Shown here: positions 20,558-31,247 of the stretch, piece by piece
Position numbering within the stretch: position 1 is the first letter of the stretch
How the letters are laid out: every line of letters begins with the position of its first letter
Origin: Nitrospirota bacterium
GTDB taxonomy: Bacteria > Nitrospirota > UBA9217
Direction of reading: 5' to 3'
DNA length: 64,000 nucleotides
Assembly: GCA_963754875.1 (NCBI GenBank)
Contig: CAVWHO010000020.1
Coordinates: forward strand, 384,001-448,000
Program-made: the position numbers and the translations under genes
The notes under the pieces: model-generated
Seen by the model: only the letters and a program-made list of their open reading frames with translations
Database searches by the model: none
What the model was told of the DNA's origin: nothing

Positions 20558-23500
20558 TTAAGCACAACAATGTAATTCTTTTCCCAAAATTAAACTCGGC
20601 TGGACATTCATTGTCTTTATATACTCGTCATAAAACCCACTGAGGATTATTTCTGCATTCTGAGCAAGTCTCCAATAATTAGTTAAATGCTCCGATTGTT
20701 TTATGTACTTTAAATATATGAAACACATGTAAACCATAATATAATATGCTCCACCAGTAGGATCTGTCGGTATTGGCCATGGCGGTGGCGAGTGTTGTGC
20801 ATAAAACACTGAAGCATCATAAAAGGCAGCGCTCCACTTGACTTTTTGGAATAAATCAGCTAATTGTAAAGAATAATCTAAATATTTATCACTTACATTG
20901 CTATATAATGAGGCAAACAATACACCAATTGCTGAAATAAAGCTCGTGACAGCATCATCAAATGCTGCCGTAGTGGCAGCGATTTCGGGAGCAAATGCTC
21001 CCACAAGCATTCCGATCGCTATGGTCAGAGCGATAATGGCAAGAATCCACATAACAGTCCAGAAATAATACCAGAAGCAAGATCCATTTAATCCATTGCT
21101 GATCATATAAGCGCCTGCCCCGGTATTTGGGTCTATGATAATGTAACCACACCCGGTCCAGCCATTATAAGTGATGTTTGACTGTTGAACTGTAACAATT
21201 TTCCCGGTATTTACGGCATTTTGAATATCGGACTTTACATCTTCATTTACGCCCAGTAGCGGGAATATTGAATTTATATTCGACTGATTGATAACGTAAA
21301 TAGGAATACCCTGATCATTCGCAAGCCTAAGAGCTGTAACAGCTGAAACGCCTTGCACATCATTTGTGGGCGTGGAAAATAGCTGCTCCGGTACGTCATG
21401 CTCCAGCGCAGATGAGTTGGATCCTGATGAAAGCATATATTGTTTGACTTTATCGAGACCCCCATCTTTACTGAAAACCGCTTGCATAATTCTGTCTACA
21501 TCCATCACCATACCTTTAGGGCCGGCACTTATAGGGATACCGAAAGCGTCAGTCACATTGAGTGCCATAGAGAACATGCCAACAGAGGGTATGCGATACC
21601 GAACGATATTCGAGGTCCGGGCAGCAATCTCATCGGCCACATCTAGTTCGGCAAAATAACAGGCAATAACGGTGGAGAGGATGTCACCCATCAGATCGTC
21701 TTTAGTGATCCCGTCAAATGTTTGTGCCTCTAATTTAGTCTTTGTTGTTTCTAGTTTTGCTTTAAGAGCATTGAGTCGATCAGCACTAATCCGCCCTGTA
21801 TCCACACCAATTCCGTAATATTCTCCGGCTTTGATCACGTTGTTTATATTGCTTACACCAATGCCTGGTTCATTTAGCGATATCGTGAATGCTTGATCAC
21901 TACCCATTGTTCCAGGAACGCCAGTTGCCACAATCTGTCCTTCGATCCGGAGTTCGGGCTTAAAATTAATAAGATACGCGGGAAGGGATAATGGTAATTG
22001 GCTCGGGTCTATGGGCGTTCCATTAGGATTGGGGACAGGAAGAAGCGATTCTAGCACCGCCTCATCATTGTCCGTAGCTGGTGAGAATGAGAGTGTTATC
22101 TTCTTCCCTGCGATCTGTGCCATACTCGTTGTGTAGGACAGTCCTGCAGTTGCTCCAGTCGGATCGGGGATGGTGAATCTAATAGTCTCACGGAGATTAT
22201 CTGAAACTGCAGTAAATTCCGAACCAACTTGGACAGTTTTATAAGGAAGTGTTCCGAGGAGGATCGGGAAGTTCTGCTGAATAATCTGCTTCGTGCCGAT
22301 CACATCTCCAACAGTGGCGCTCGGATAGTTCTGCTGAATGTAGTCGTTAACACGGGTCTGGTAATCTTGCATGGTTTGCTGGACATACGCCGAGTTCAGA
22401 TTTGTGATCGAGCCGAATGTCGTATCAGTCGTTGCCGTAGACAAGAACTGATTCATAAAGGTTTGACCGTCGAAACTCACAGCTGATGCTATGTCGATTC
22501 CCTGCGTGTAATTGTACTGCTTGTAGCTCGCATCAAGCGGTATCCAGGCATTTCCCTGCCTCTGTACTGCGCCCCGGCTTGGGATGTAGTCGATATACGC
22601 CTTGACCCAGACGTGTTCGATCTGTTCGTATTGGATCGTACTGCCTGAAACGAGGGCTGTTGCTGGGACCCCGTTGGTGGCGAGAACAGTGCCTGCCATA
22701 TTCGGGTCTGTCACGCCTCCCACCCAGTTCATGGCTTTATCTATCGGCATTTGTATGGTTCCGTAGACGTAATGAGCGTATATCCCCGATACTCTGAGGA
22801 GAGCGATGAGCAGACTGGCTGTGTCCATGTCGTTGCATATCTTTGACTGGAGGCACTGGTCCGCGCCCTGGATTGAACCGTAGGTTGGCGCGTATTCTAT
22901 GTTGTTGCGGACCCAGTTGTAGATTTGTACGGGATTATTATTAAGCTGCGTCGCAAGATTAATAATATCTTGGGTGAACTGGATATCCGGAGTTTCAGCC
23001 AAGTCATCAGCGGAAGGTTGGCCCGTCATTTGTGCGAGAATGAATGGTGTTGAATCGACTAAGGCAAGTTGTGAAAGATCGTTGATTTCAGATTTCGGGA
23101 TGATACCACCCCTCATCTCACTCCTTTCCCCTGAGGGGCGAGGGATTGTAAAGGAAATGTCGCTTGCAGTTTGATTGAATGCCAGAAGAACAGGTTTATG
23201 CTGAGGTGTGGAGTCTATTGAGCGTGAAATCTGCATGTATCTGCGTAAATCTGCGGATAAAAAGTCTTGCGGGTTTGAAGCAGTCCTTAATGACTTCTGC
23301 TGCGGAAAATCCTTTTCAAAATCTTCTTTCTTCAGCCTCGGCGATCGTTTTTTCCCTTTTACCATCCTGTTCGGGAGGTTATTCGGATCAAGTGTCTTAT
23401 GCATCTTTGGCGGCTTTACTTTTTCGAGATGCAGCCTAACTTTTTCAATTTTGGCCTTGAGGTCTGATTTTGTCTTTGCCTGCTCGACATCGTCGAGGTT

Positions 23501-23935
23501 CGTCCTCAGCTCTTTCAGATTATCTTCATAGTGCTTTACGAATTTATAGTGCCGGGCGAGGATTTCATTCGGCAGATGCGCGTCTTTAAGCTTCTTTTCC
23601 GTTGCAGGAAATTCTTTTTTAAAATCGGTATCTAATGAATCTATCTCGGCTCTTTTAGCTCTTATCGCTACTATTTCCGCTGAAGCGTCTTCACCTTTAT
23701 TGGTTTTATCTCCTGCTTTTGCTGCTGTCTGACGGATATCTTCCAGCGCCTTCTCGAACCGCGCCTCTGGTCGCTCTTGACTTTTATCGGATGCCGCTGG
23801 ACTCTGCTTTATCGTCCCTTTGCCCTGCGGTGTCGCTGCATATGCGACCGCTGCATACAAAGGCAAGTACGTCCAACAGAAAAAGAAGAGCGTGATACCA
23901 GAAAATATTCTTAATGCCCGATAGAAAGCCCGCAT
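20558..23935 (-). CDS. Large exported transglutaminase-like protein with variable hydrophobic C-terminal tip
   Basis: Signal/TM N-terminus, helical region, CNDMDTASLLIALLR...EHVWV...WIPLDAS Cys-His-Asp triad, TGAGAYMISNGLNG motif then AT-rich TM-rich tail. Confidence 0.85.
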   Translation of the reverse strand: MRAFYRALRIFSGITLFFFCWTYLPLYAAVAYAATPQGKGTIKQSPAASDKSQERPEARFEKALEDIRQTAAKAGDKTNKGEDASAEIVAIRAKRAEIDSLDTDFKKEFPATEKKLKDAHLPNEILARHYKFVKHYEDNLKELRTNLDDVEQAKTKSDLKAKIEKVRLHLEKVKPPKMHKTLDPNNLPNRMVKGKKRSPRLKKEDFEKDFPQQKSLRTASNPQDFLSADLRRYMQISRSIDSTPQHKPVLLAFNQTASDISFTIPRPSGERSEMRGGIIPKSEINDLSQLALVDSTPFILAQMTGQPSADDLAETPDIQFTQDIINLATQLNNNPVQIYNWVRNNIEYAPTYGSIQGADQCLQSKICNDMDTASLLIALLRVSGIYAHYVYGTIQMPIDKAMNWVGGVTDPNMAGTVLATNGVPATALVSGSTIQYEQIEHVWVKAYIDYIPSRGAVQRQGNAWIPLDASYKQYNYTQGIDIASAVSFDGQTFMNQFLSTATTDTTFGSITNLNSAYVQQTMQDYQTRVNDYIQQNYPSATVGDVIGTKQIIQQNFPILLGTLPYKTVQVGSEFTAVSDNLRETIRFTIPDPTGATAGLSYTTSMAQIAGKKITLSFSPATDNDEAVLESLLPVPNPNGTPIDPSQLPLSLPAYLINFKPELRIEGQIVATGVPGTMGSDQAFTISLNEPGIGVSNINNVIKAGEYYGIGVDTGRISADRLNALKAKLETTKTKLEAQTFDGITKDDLMGDILSTVIACYFAELDVADEIAARTSNIVRYRIPSVGMFSMALNVTDAFGIPISAGPKGMVMDVDRIMQAVFSKDGGLDKVKQYMLSSGSNSSALEHDVPEQLFSTPTNDVQGVSAVTALRLANDQGIPIYVINQSNINSIFPLLGVNEDVKSDIQNAVNTGKIVTVQQSNITYNGWTGCGYIIIDPNTGAGAYMISNGLNGSCFWYYFWTVMWILAIIALTIAIGMLVGAFAPEIAATTAAFDDAVTSFISAIGVLFASLYSNVSDKYLDYSLQLADLFQKVKWSAAFYDASVFYAQHSPPPWPIPTDPTGGAYYIMVYMCFIYLKYIKQSEHLTNYWRLAQNAEIILSGFYDEYIKTMNVQPSLILGKELHCCA

Positions 23936-24253
23936 AGATCGATCTCCCGTACGTATTCAGATTTTCAAGCTAATAATAAGAAGTGAGTTAAGGCAAGATA
24001 ATTCGGAAATACATGCTACTTTTGTAGCATAAATTTGCAGATCAAGTCAATGACCCAAATAGGGTATTTTCGGGCGATGTAATTTGAAACAACGATCTTC
24101 TAAAGCAGAAACTTTGCCTTCATGTGTATTCTGGTGAATTCAGGCAGGCATTCGGTTTCGTTTCGGGCACGCATTCCGATTCAATTCGGGCACTCTCCAA
24201 CGGGATAACCGATTGCTGGGTTAAAGCTACTATCTCATAGGGATTTTGACTTG

Positions 24254-24994
24254 TCAACGATTGATCTTTGATTTGCTCTTTCTCATTGATTCTCCTTTCA
24301 GGTCTATTTTGTAGGCGTTATGCACCAGACGGTCCATGATAGCGTCAGCCAAGGTCGGGTCGGCCAGGATATCATGCCAGTGCTTAACCGGCATTTGGGT
24401 AGTTATGAGGGTCGACCGGCGATCATAACGGTCCTCGATGATTTCCAGAAGATCTCTTTGCTGTTCCGTCGTGAGCGGAGCAAGTCCGAAGTCGTCGAGG
24501 ACAAGCAGGTCTGCCTTGAGAAGTGACTTCATCAGTTTCCGATACCGTCCGTCGTGATGCGATAGGGCCAGATCTTCAAGAAGCCTCGGCAGCCTCTGAT
24601 ACACGACGGCATGACCATCACGGCAGGCTTTGTGGGACAGGGCGCAGGCAAGATAGCTCTTTCCCACGCCGGTCGGGCCGATGATAAGCAGATTGTGATG
24701 CTCGATAATCCACTGGTTCGACGCAAGCGACAGAATGAGCGATTTGTCCAGCCCTCGGGGCTGACGGAAGTCGATGTCTTCGATAGATGCTGAGATTCTC
24801 AGTTTTGCAGCTCGTAAGCGCGTAACAAGCCGTCTGTTCTCTCGTTCTGTCAGTTCTCGGTCAATAAGGAGCCCAAGCCGCTCCTCAAAGCTTAGTGAAG
24901 TCGCTTTTTGATTCTGCAGTTGTTCACGCAGGGCTTTTGCCATGCCAAAAAGACGGAGTTGTTCGATCTTGTCGAGTGTGGGATGCGCTAACAT
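24254..24994 (-). CDS. istB: IS21 helper ATPase IstB
   Basis: GPTGVGKS Walker A, LLVLDDFG, LADAIMDRLVH. Confidence 0.95.
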   Translation of the reverse strand: MLAHPTLDKIEQLRLFGMAKALREQLQNQKATSLSFEERLGLLIDRELTERENRRLVTRLRAAKLRISASIEDIDFRQPRGLDKSLILSLASNQWIIEHHNLLIIGPTGVGKSYLACALSHKACRDGHAVVYQRLPRLLEDLALSHHDGRYRKLMKSLLKADLLVLDDFGLAPLTTEQQRDLLEIIEDRYDRRSTLITTQMPVKHWHDILADPTLADAIMDRLVHNAYKIDLKGESMRKSKSKINR

Positions 24995-25012
24995 AATAGT
25001 CTCCTTTTGCAG

Positions 25013-26554
25013 TTAGTTATAGTATTCGCTGCCACGGATGTTGCTGTGAGTGATCGCCTGTGATGCGGCTTTTGGCTCTGGTAACGGTTTTTTGTCTAAA
25101 TTTGTTTCAAGGATGGACTTGACGCTTCCGAAACTGATGCCCCCGATGGCGAGTGCTCGCTTGCAGGCAGCCTCGACGCGTTCTTTGCCAAACTTCTTGG
25201 AAAGAGTGATGATCCCCATACAGGAACGAAAGCCTTGTTGTGGGTGAAGCTTCTTTGCGAGAATGGCCGTAACCAGCTCTGCCGTTGATTTGCCGGTTTC
25301 CGATGCCCAGCGTATCAGGCGCTCTGGGGTCCAGTCAGCATAGTCCCGATGGGACTTCGGCATGTGCTCGGCAAGTGTCGTATGTCTTCCCTTGGCATAG
25401 GACCGGATATGTGAGGCGATGCGTTTGTTGTGAAAGAAGACTTCTACAATCGATTCCGTTAGCCGTACGTCCAGGTATTCATTGCGGAGTTGGTAGGGTA
25501 CGCTGTAATAGTGGTCATTGACTTCGACGTGGTAATCGATGCCGGAACGTTTTTTTATCTTCCATTCTGCGTACTCGAAGGCCACAGCAGGCAGCGGTTG
25601 TAATGCAGGCTTATCGATCTCCAGAAAACGGCTCATACGGCTGCCGGAGAGCTTCTTGAAGGGCCGGTTATTGAGTCTATCCAGCAGTTCCCGGATAGCG
25701 GCATTGAGTTCTGCGAGGCTGAAGAAGGTACGGTTCCTGAGGGCTGCCAGGATCCAACGCTGCACCAGAAGGACTCCGGCTTCAACTTTCGCTTTGTCTT
25801 TAGGCTTCCTGACGCGGGCAGGAATGACCGCAGCACCGTAATGAACTGCAAGCTCTTGATAGGTGCGATTGACGCCTGGCTCATAGCGACAGACCTTGGT
25901 GATGCCGGAGAGAAGATTATCAGGGATCAGGATCTCGGGCACACCGTCGATGAACTTAAGGGTCCGGACATGGGAACCGATCCAGTCTGGCAGACCCTGC
26001 GTAAACGTTGCTTCGGCATATGTAAAGTTGCTGGCGCCTAGGACGGCGACGAAGATCTGACAGTTGTGTACCTCTCCGGTGGATTTGTCGATTACCGAGA
26101 CTGTTTGGCCACAGTAATCAACAAACAGCTTTTCTCCTGCAAGATGAACCTGTCGCATGGAGATATCGAGCTTTTTTGCATAGGCGCGATAGAGGTCACA
26201 AAAATGTGCGTACTGATATCCTTCAGGATATTGCGCTTTGTACTCGTCCCACAGGAGCATCAGGGTAACACTTTTACGCGCAAGCTCGCGGTGAACATCC
26301 TCCCATACAGGGAGCGGACGTGGAGATGTGGAGACAATGACCGGCGGGTAGAGAAGATGCTCGAGGGCGGTATCGTCCAGGTCTGCCGGCAGGGGCCATG
26401 ATAGCCCGGCCTGTCTGGCTCGTTTCGTATACTCGTCAACGGTGCTTCTGGCTATTCCACAGCTTTTGGATATAGCGCGGCGGTCTAGGCCGCAGGACCA
26501 TTTGAGGCGTAAAACTTCTTTAATTGTTCGCACGGGTATTCTTTCTCTCGTCAT
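25013..26554 (-). CDS. istA: IS21 transposase IstA
   Basis: N-terminal HTH, GEKLFVDY, PDNL, KPKDKAKVE, YYSVP. Confidence 0.95.
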   Translation of the reverse strand: MTRERIPVRTIKEVLRLKWSCGLDRRAISKSCGIARSTVDEYTKRARQAGLSWPLPADLDDTALEHLLYPPVIVSTSPRPLPVWEDVHRELARKSVTLMLLWDEYKAQYPEGYQYAHFCDLYRAYAKKLDISMRQVHLAGEKLFVDYCGQTVSVIDKSTGEVHNCQIFVAVLGASNFTYAEATFTQGLPDWIGSHVRTLKFIDGVPEILIPDNLLSGITKVCRYEPGVNRTYQELAVHYGAAVIPARVRKPKDKAKVEAGVLLVQRWILAALRNRTFFSLAELNAAIRELLDRLNNRPFKKLSGSRMSRFLEIDKPALQPLPAVAFEYAEWKIKKRSGIDYHVEVNDHYYSVPYQLRNEYLDVRLTESIVEVFFHNKRIASHIRSYAKGRHTTLAEHMPKSHRDYADWTPERLIRWASETGKSTAELVTAILAKKLHPQQGFRSCMGIITLSKKFGKERVEAACKRALAIGGISFGSVKSILETNLDKKPLPEPKAASQAITHSNIRGSEYYN

Positions 26555-27269
26555 CCAGCTCTCCTTAGAAGCGAATTTTAAGGAGCAGGATATACGAATT
26601 TGTAGAATTTACCCAGCGTCGTTTAATGCGTTAGAGGGTGCCTGAATTGGAGCGGAACACCGGCCCGAATTGCAGTGGAATGGGTGCCTGAATTGGAGCA
26701 GAACAGGTGCCTGAATTGCAGTGGAATGGCTGCCTGAATTGGAGCAGAATACTCAGCCTTCAGTCTCATTCTTATAGACTGTAATTTCACCCAACATGAT
26801 GGTCGCGGCACCATAGCATTGTCGGATGAGGTCGTCAATCAGGGAAACCCTATTTTTGGCTTCGATTTTCCTGATGTTATAAAATGGAAACGCGACAAGG
26901 GGAGAACAACGCAGTCAATCTGAAAAAAATGGAGATGCCTGTATCTGTATGTAGAAGTAGTGGACGTTATGATGTTCTCAAGCCTCAAAATAAGAGATTT
27001 CGAGTAGCAAATTCGACATGAAGTAGTGAAAAATTGACTGGCGACAAAATCACACCTTCAGGAAGATATTTGGACTGTAATTTTCAATCAGAATATTTCA
27101 GCTTTCTCTTCTCAGGCCGGCGTCGAAGCCACCTATTATTGTGCAATTTTAGCAAAGAAAATTATCATCAACTACCGCATGTAACTTACACATGAACGCT
27201 GCCTAAAGGTACGGCGTGGTTGGGATCAGCGGAAGGTCATCGTGCCGGCAATTCTGTGGATGAAAATTG

Positions 27270-28670
27270 CTACTTGTAATATTCCGGATATATCATTTTC
27301 GCGCATTGCGGGCAGATACTGTGGCTGAATTCTGCCAGTGAATGCCTGCTCAGATATGCTTCGATCTGGTTCCAATATCCGTTGTCGTCGCGTATTTTCT
27401 TGCAGGACGCGCAAATCGGGATGAACCCGCGCAACGTCTTTATGTTGTCAAGAGCTTCCTGAAGTTCAGAAACGAGCTTTATCCGCTCTTCCTCCATCTT
27501 CTTTCGCTCCGTGATCTCGCCGGTCAGCTTATCATTCGCCATCATCAGCGCCGCAGTGCGTTCCTGGACCCGCAACTCCAGTTCGTCCCTCGACCTTCTG
27601 AGCTCGATCTCCGCCTGTCTGAGAGCGGTTATATCCCGCACGATGTACACATTGGCGAGCAGCCGGCCGTTTGCATCCTTCATAACGGATGCTGACAGGT
27701 TGAGAACCTGCTTGCGGCCGTCCGGATGGTCATAGGAAAGATCGAGCTGTTGCGCCTGCTTTCTGCCGGCCGCTACAGCGGTCTGATCTAAGGATACAAC
27801 GTCGTTAAAAAACGCAGAAATATGCTTCCCCACGAGATCCGGGGTCGAATGACCGAGCACCTGGGTCGTGGGATTGTTCACAAGCCGGATAATGCCTTCC
27901 GCATCGAGAACCAGTAACGCATCGTTCATGGTGTCGATGATGTTCTGAGCGGCGAATCGCGGAGAGATGTCCACTAATCGGTAACGGCTGATGGTCGTCT
28001 CAAGTATCCAAAGGGCGATAAAGATCGCAAAAAAGCCGAAGGGAAAGATTGGAACGCCAAGTCCTGGAAGATAGTCGACAAGACCTAAAGAGCCGATGCC
28101 GAACGCGATAAAGTACGCTTTGATGCGATGGTATTGGACGCTGTTCGGTGCAGCCTGTTTCTGGCCGAGCCAGAAGTGACGCAGGCCGAGGCCATAGAAC
28201 GTCAGCATATATATGATGAGCAGCGTGTTCTGTGGCGCCATTGCTCCCTGGTAACCCCAGGTGTAGTGAATGACGCCTTTCACGATAAGGTCCGTATTGA
28301 TCGCGATGATCGAGAAAAGCGTCGACAGGATCCACCCCGTCCAAATGGTGGTTCGGTGCTTTTTGTCGACCCTGAGTGCCACGACAGCAAAATGGTAGAT
28401 CCCCGCTGGGATGAACGAGATGCCGATATTGGACGTTTTTGCCCACCATATCGACACTGCTTCTTGGTTAGAACTATAGGTAAAAAAATTAGAAACAAGC
28501 CAAATAGTAATGACGATGCCGAGGAAGGCCAGTGCGTCGGCGGCGAGGCTGAACTTTTCCAGGATCAGATGCCGTAGAGAAATGATCAGCGCCGTGACCG
28601 CGATGAGGAGCGTGGGTATGGCGTAGGGATTGAAAAAGTAGTTTGTGGACTCAAAAATCTGGTTTGACAT
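27270..28670 (-). CDS. Membrane sensor: HisKA_7TM-like N-terminus, PAS domain, coiled coil, Cys-rich C-terminal domain (no kinase domain)
   Basis: About 7 TM helices, IIDTMNDALLVLD PAS, LRGFIPICASCKKIRDDNGYW...FSHSICPQC. Confidence 0.8.
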   Translation of the reverse strand: MSNQIFESTNYFFNPYAIPTLLIAVTALIISLRHLILEKFSLAADALAFLGIVITIWLVSNFFTYSSNQEAVSIWWAKTSNIGISFIPAGIYHFAVVALRVDKKHRTTIWTGWILSTLFSIIAINTDLIVKGVIHYTWGYQGAMAPQNTLLIIYMLTFYGLGLRHFWLGQKQAAPNSVQYHRIKAYFIAFGIGSLGLVDYLPGLGVPIFPFGFFAIFIALWILETTISRYRLVDISPRFAAQNIIDTMNDALLVLDAEGIIRLVNNPTTQVLGHSTPDLVGKHISAFFNDVVSLDQTAVAAGRKQAQQLDLSYDHPDGRKQVLNLSASVMKDANGRLLANVYIVRDITALRQAEIELRRSRDELELRVQERTAALMMANDKLTGEITERKKMEEERIKLVSELQEALDNIKTLRGFIPICASCKKIRDDNGYWNQIEAYLSRHSLAEFSHSICPQCAKMIYPEYYK

Positions 28671-29007
28671 GGGCTGTAACCCTGCCGTTTGAATAGTTTT
28701 GAATGAATTCTATGCTTATCCTAAATGTTTGTCAACATGATGAGAGTTTTTTGATGAGAGTTTTTTATGAAAGGAGCTGGCGGAACATAGTGTTTAAAGC
28801 ACGGTGCAATATTACGATAGTAATCGATCACAACGCTTTCCTTTTCATGACCTCTGCACGCAAGCCTGCTGGGATAGGACGGCAGCCACATTTCTTATCA
28901 TGCGCCACGTGCCAGCTTATTCTTTCGTTGGATGTAAATCGATACTCGATTTGCCAAACGCTTGAGTCGTATCGGTCATTTCCCCTCCGTTAGTTAGACA
29001 ATTTTCG

Positions 29008-29784
29008 TCACTTGCCTTTATGGTGGAATGCATTCAGTCTTGCTCTTACTTCGCCGAAATCGCCCACGTTCGAATAAGCATTGATCGTTTCGAGCTTCAA
29101 AGCATCATCCAGGGTGCGGCCCACCACCTCAAGGATGGTCTCTTTTGCTGAACGAACAGCCTGCTGGCTGTTCTTCAATATCATGTTTGCATATGCTTCA
29201 GCCGTCGTAATAAGTTCATTCTGGGGGACAACTCGATTTACCAAGCCGAGCTGGTGCGCCTCGGTTGCCGTTATTGCACGTCCCGTCATTGCCAAATCCA
29301 AAGCCACGGCAAGTCCCGCGATGGCGACAAGGCGTACGATGCCTCCGTCGCCTGAATGCAACCCCTGGCGCACTTCAAAGGAGCCGAATTGAGCGGTTTC
29401 GGAGGCTATGCGGATATCGCACGCGAGCGCCAGTTCAAAACCGCCGCCAATTGCGTGGCCGTTTATCGCCGCTATAATCGGTTTGTAAATCCGATACTGA
29501 CCCCTGGTTATGCCGCCTCCAATGCCTTTTTTTACATTCTTGCGAATATCGAGCATGGTCGCGTGTTCCCACTTCGGTATCCATGTCTTAAGGTCTGCCC
29601 CTGCGCAAAATGTCCTACCGGCCCCAGTGAGTATCGCTATGTCGACAGAATCGTCTGCGCTGAAGTCCGACCACACTTGCCAGAGGGCATTGTTAAGGTC
29701 GTCGTCCAGTGCATTCAAGACGTCGGGACGGTTCAGGGTAACATAGCCGATCCGGTTCTTCTTCTCATACATGACCTTGTTCAT
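29008..29784 (-). CDS. Enoyl-CoA hydratase/isomerase family protein
   Basis: TLNRPDVLNAL, FCAGADL, KPIIAAINGHAIGGGFELALACDIR. Confidence 0.9.
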   Translation of the reverse strand: MNKVMYEKKNRIGYVTLNRPDVLNALDDDLNNALWQVWSDFSADDSVDIAILTGAGRTFCAGADLKTWIPKWEHATMLDIRKNVKKGIGGGITRGQYRIYKPIIAAINGHAIGGGFELALACDIRIASETAQFGSFEVRQGLHSGDGGIVRLVAIAGLAVALDLAMTGRAITATEAHQLGLVNRVVPQNELITTAEAYANMILKNSQQAVRSAKETILEVVGRTLDDALKLETINAYSNVGDFGEVRARLNAFHHKGK

Positions 29785-30040
29785 TGCATCCTCCCTGTTT
29801 CCATACATGTCAGCGTGATGCTATCCGCCTGGATGTTCACCATGAATTCTCGACACGTAGCAGGTCTGGTTGAACACAGGGATATCCAATCTATTTCGGA
29901 ATAAAGTGACCGGCTTCGCTCGAACGAAGGATTACCCCAACTGCGGCCCTTTGCCGACCACCATCCTGCCGTTGTAATATCTTTGTTTGATTTCTTGTTC
30001 TTTTTCCAGATATTAGGCAATCCCGTGCTGTTTGAGGGTA

Positions 30041-31247
30041 GTGTAGTGTCTCTCAATTAACTGGTGTTATGTCATGATTTGTGATAGGATGCTGTTCATG
30101 GCACGACACGCTTTAACCATAAACCTTACTGAGTCTGATCGACAAGAACTAGAGCAATGGGTGCGGGCTCATCGCACCCCGCAACAAGTTGCTCAACGGT
30201 GTCGAATTATTCTAGCCGCTGCGAATGGCCAACAAGACAAGGCCATCGCAAAGCAAATGCAAATCAATTATAAAACGGCTGCATTATGGAGGCAGCGGTT
30301 CTGTAGTGAAGGTCCGGACTGCCTTTGGGAAGTTGCGGCAGGTCGCGGACGTAAACCAGAGTTAACGGCAACCAAAATTAATAAAATAATTAATGCCACA
30401 CTGCAAACGAAGCCTGCTGGAGCCACCCATTGGAGTTGCCGAACGATGGCTGAACAGCAGGGCGTGAGCAAAGCAACGATCAATAGGATCTGGCAAAGTC
30501 ATCATATTCAGCCGCACAGAACCACGGGATTTAAGTTGTCACGCGATCCACGGTTCTTGGAAAAGCTTACCGATGTCGTCGGGCTCTATCTCAATCCTCC
30601 AGAAAAAGCATTAGTGCTGTGTGTGGATGAGAAAAGCCAGATTCAAGCGTTAGATCGTACACAACCGGGACTTCCTTTAAAAAAAGGGCGTTGCGGTACC
30701 ATGACTCATGACTATAAGCGTAACGGCACGACAACCCTTTTTGCTGCGCTCGAATTGGCGCAAGGTAAAGTGATCGGTCAATGTTATGCTCGGCATCGCC
30801 ATCAGGAATTTCTCAAGTTTTTAAAGCAACTGGATGCTGAATTCCCGGTCGAAAAGCAGCTGCACATAGTGATGGATAACTATGGCACGCATAAGCACCC
30901 CAAAGTCCAGAGATGGTTAACACGGCATCCACGTTTTGTTTCCCACTTCGTCCCGACCAGTTCAAGCTGGTTGAACCTTGTTGAGCGTTGGTTCGGAGAA
31001 CTGACGGGAAAACGAATACGTCGCGGAGTCTTTGTCAGCGTGGACGCGCTCAAGAGCGCTATCGAAGAGTATTTGGCTGCTTGGAACAAAGACCCAAAAC
31101 CGTTTGTATGGACCGCAACCGTTGAATCGATCGTTAAGAAACTTGGACGCTGCAAACAAACATTGGAGAAAATTCAGCCAGGCTGCACATTACCTCGCTC
31201 TCGCAAGAAAAAGGCTGATAACACCAGTCGTTTGTGAGACACTACAG
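30041..31247 (+). mobile_element. IS630-family element A
   Basis: IRs GTGTAGTGTCTC / GAGACACTACAG flanked by duplicated TA. Confidence 0.9.
30098..31237 (+). CDS. IS630 transposase
   Basis: CVDEKSQIQALDR, HDYKRNGTTTLFAAL, MDNYGTHK, SWLNLVERWF. Confidence 0.95.
   Translation: MARHALTINLTESDRQELEQWVRAHRTPQQVAQRCRIILAAANGQQDKAIAKQMQINYKTAALWRQRFCSEGPDCLWEVAAGRGRKPELTATKINKIINATLQTKPAGATHWSCRTMAEQQGVSKATINRIWQSHHIQPHRTTGFKLSRDPRFLEKLTDVVGLYLNPPEKALVLCVDEKSQIQALDRTQPGLPLKKGRCGTMTHDYKRNGTTTLFAALELAQGKVIGQCYARHRHQEFLKFLKQLDAEFPVEKQLHIVMDNYGTHKHPKVQRWLTRHPRFVSHFVPTSSSWLNLVERWFGELTGKRIRRGVFVSVDALKSAIEEYLAAWNKDPKPFVWTATVESIVKKLGRCKQTLEKIQPGCTLPRSRKKKADNTSRL

Larger units (their letters stand above)
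24123..26755 (-). mobile_element. IS21-family element, copy A
   Basis: Ends TGTGTATTC / GAATACTCA, multiple subterminal repeats, 7 bp target duplication GCCTTCA (24116-24122 and 26756-26762). Confidence 0.95.

Noticed and set aside
26638..26755. Regularly spaced repeats resembling a mini-CRISPR (also at 55590-55706)
   Set aside because: They are IS21 subterminal transposase-binding repeats; no unique spacers and no cas genes
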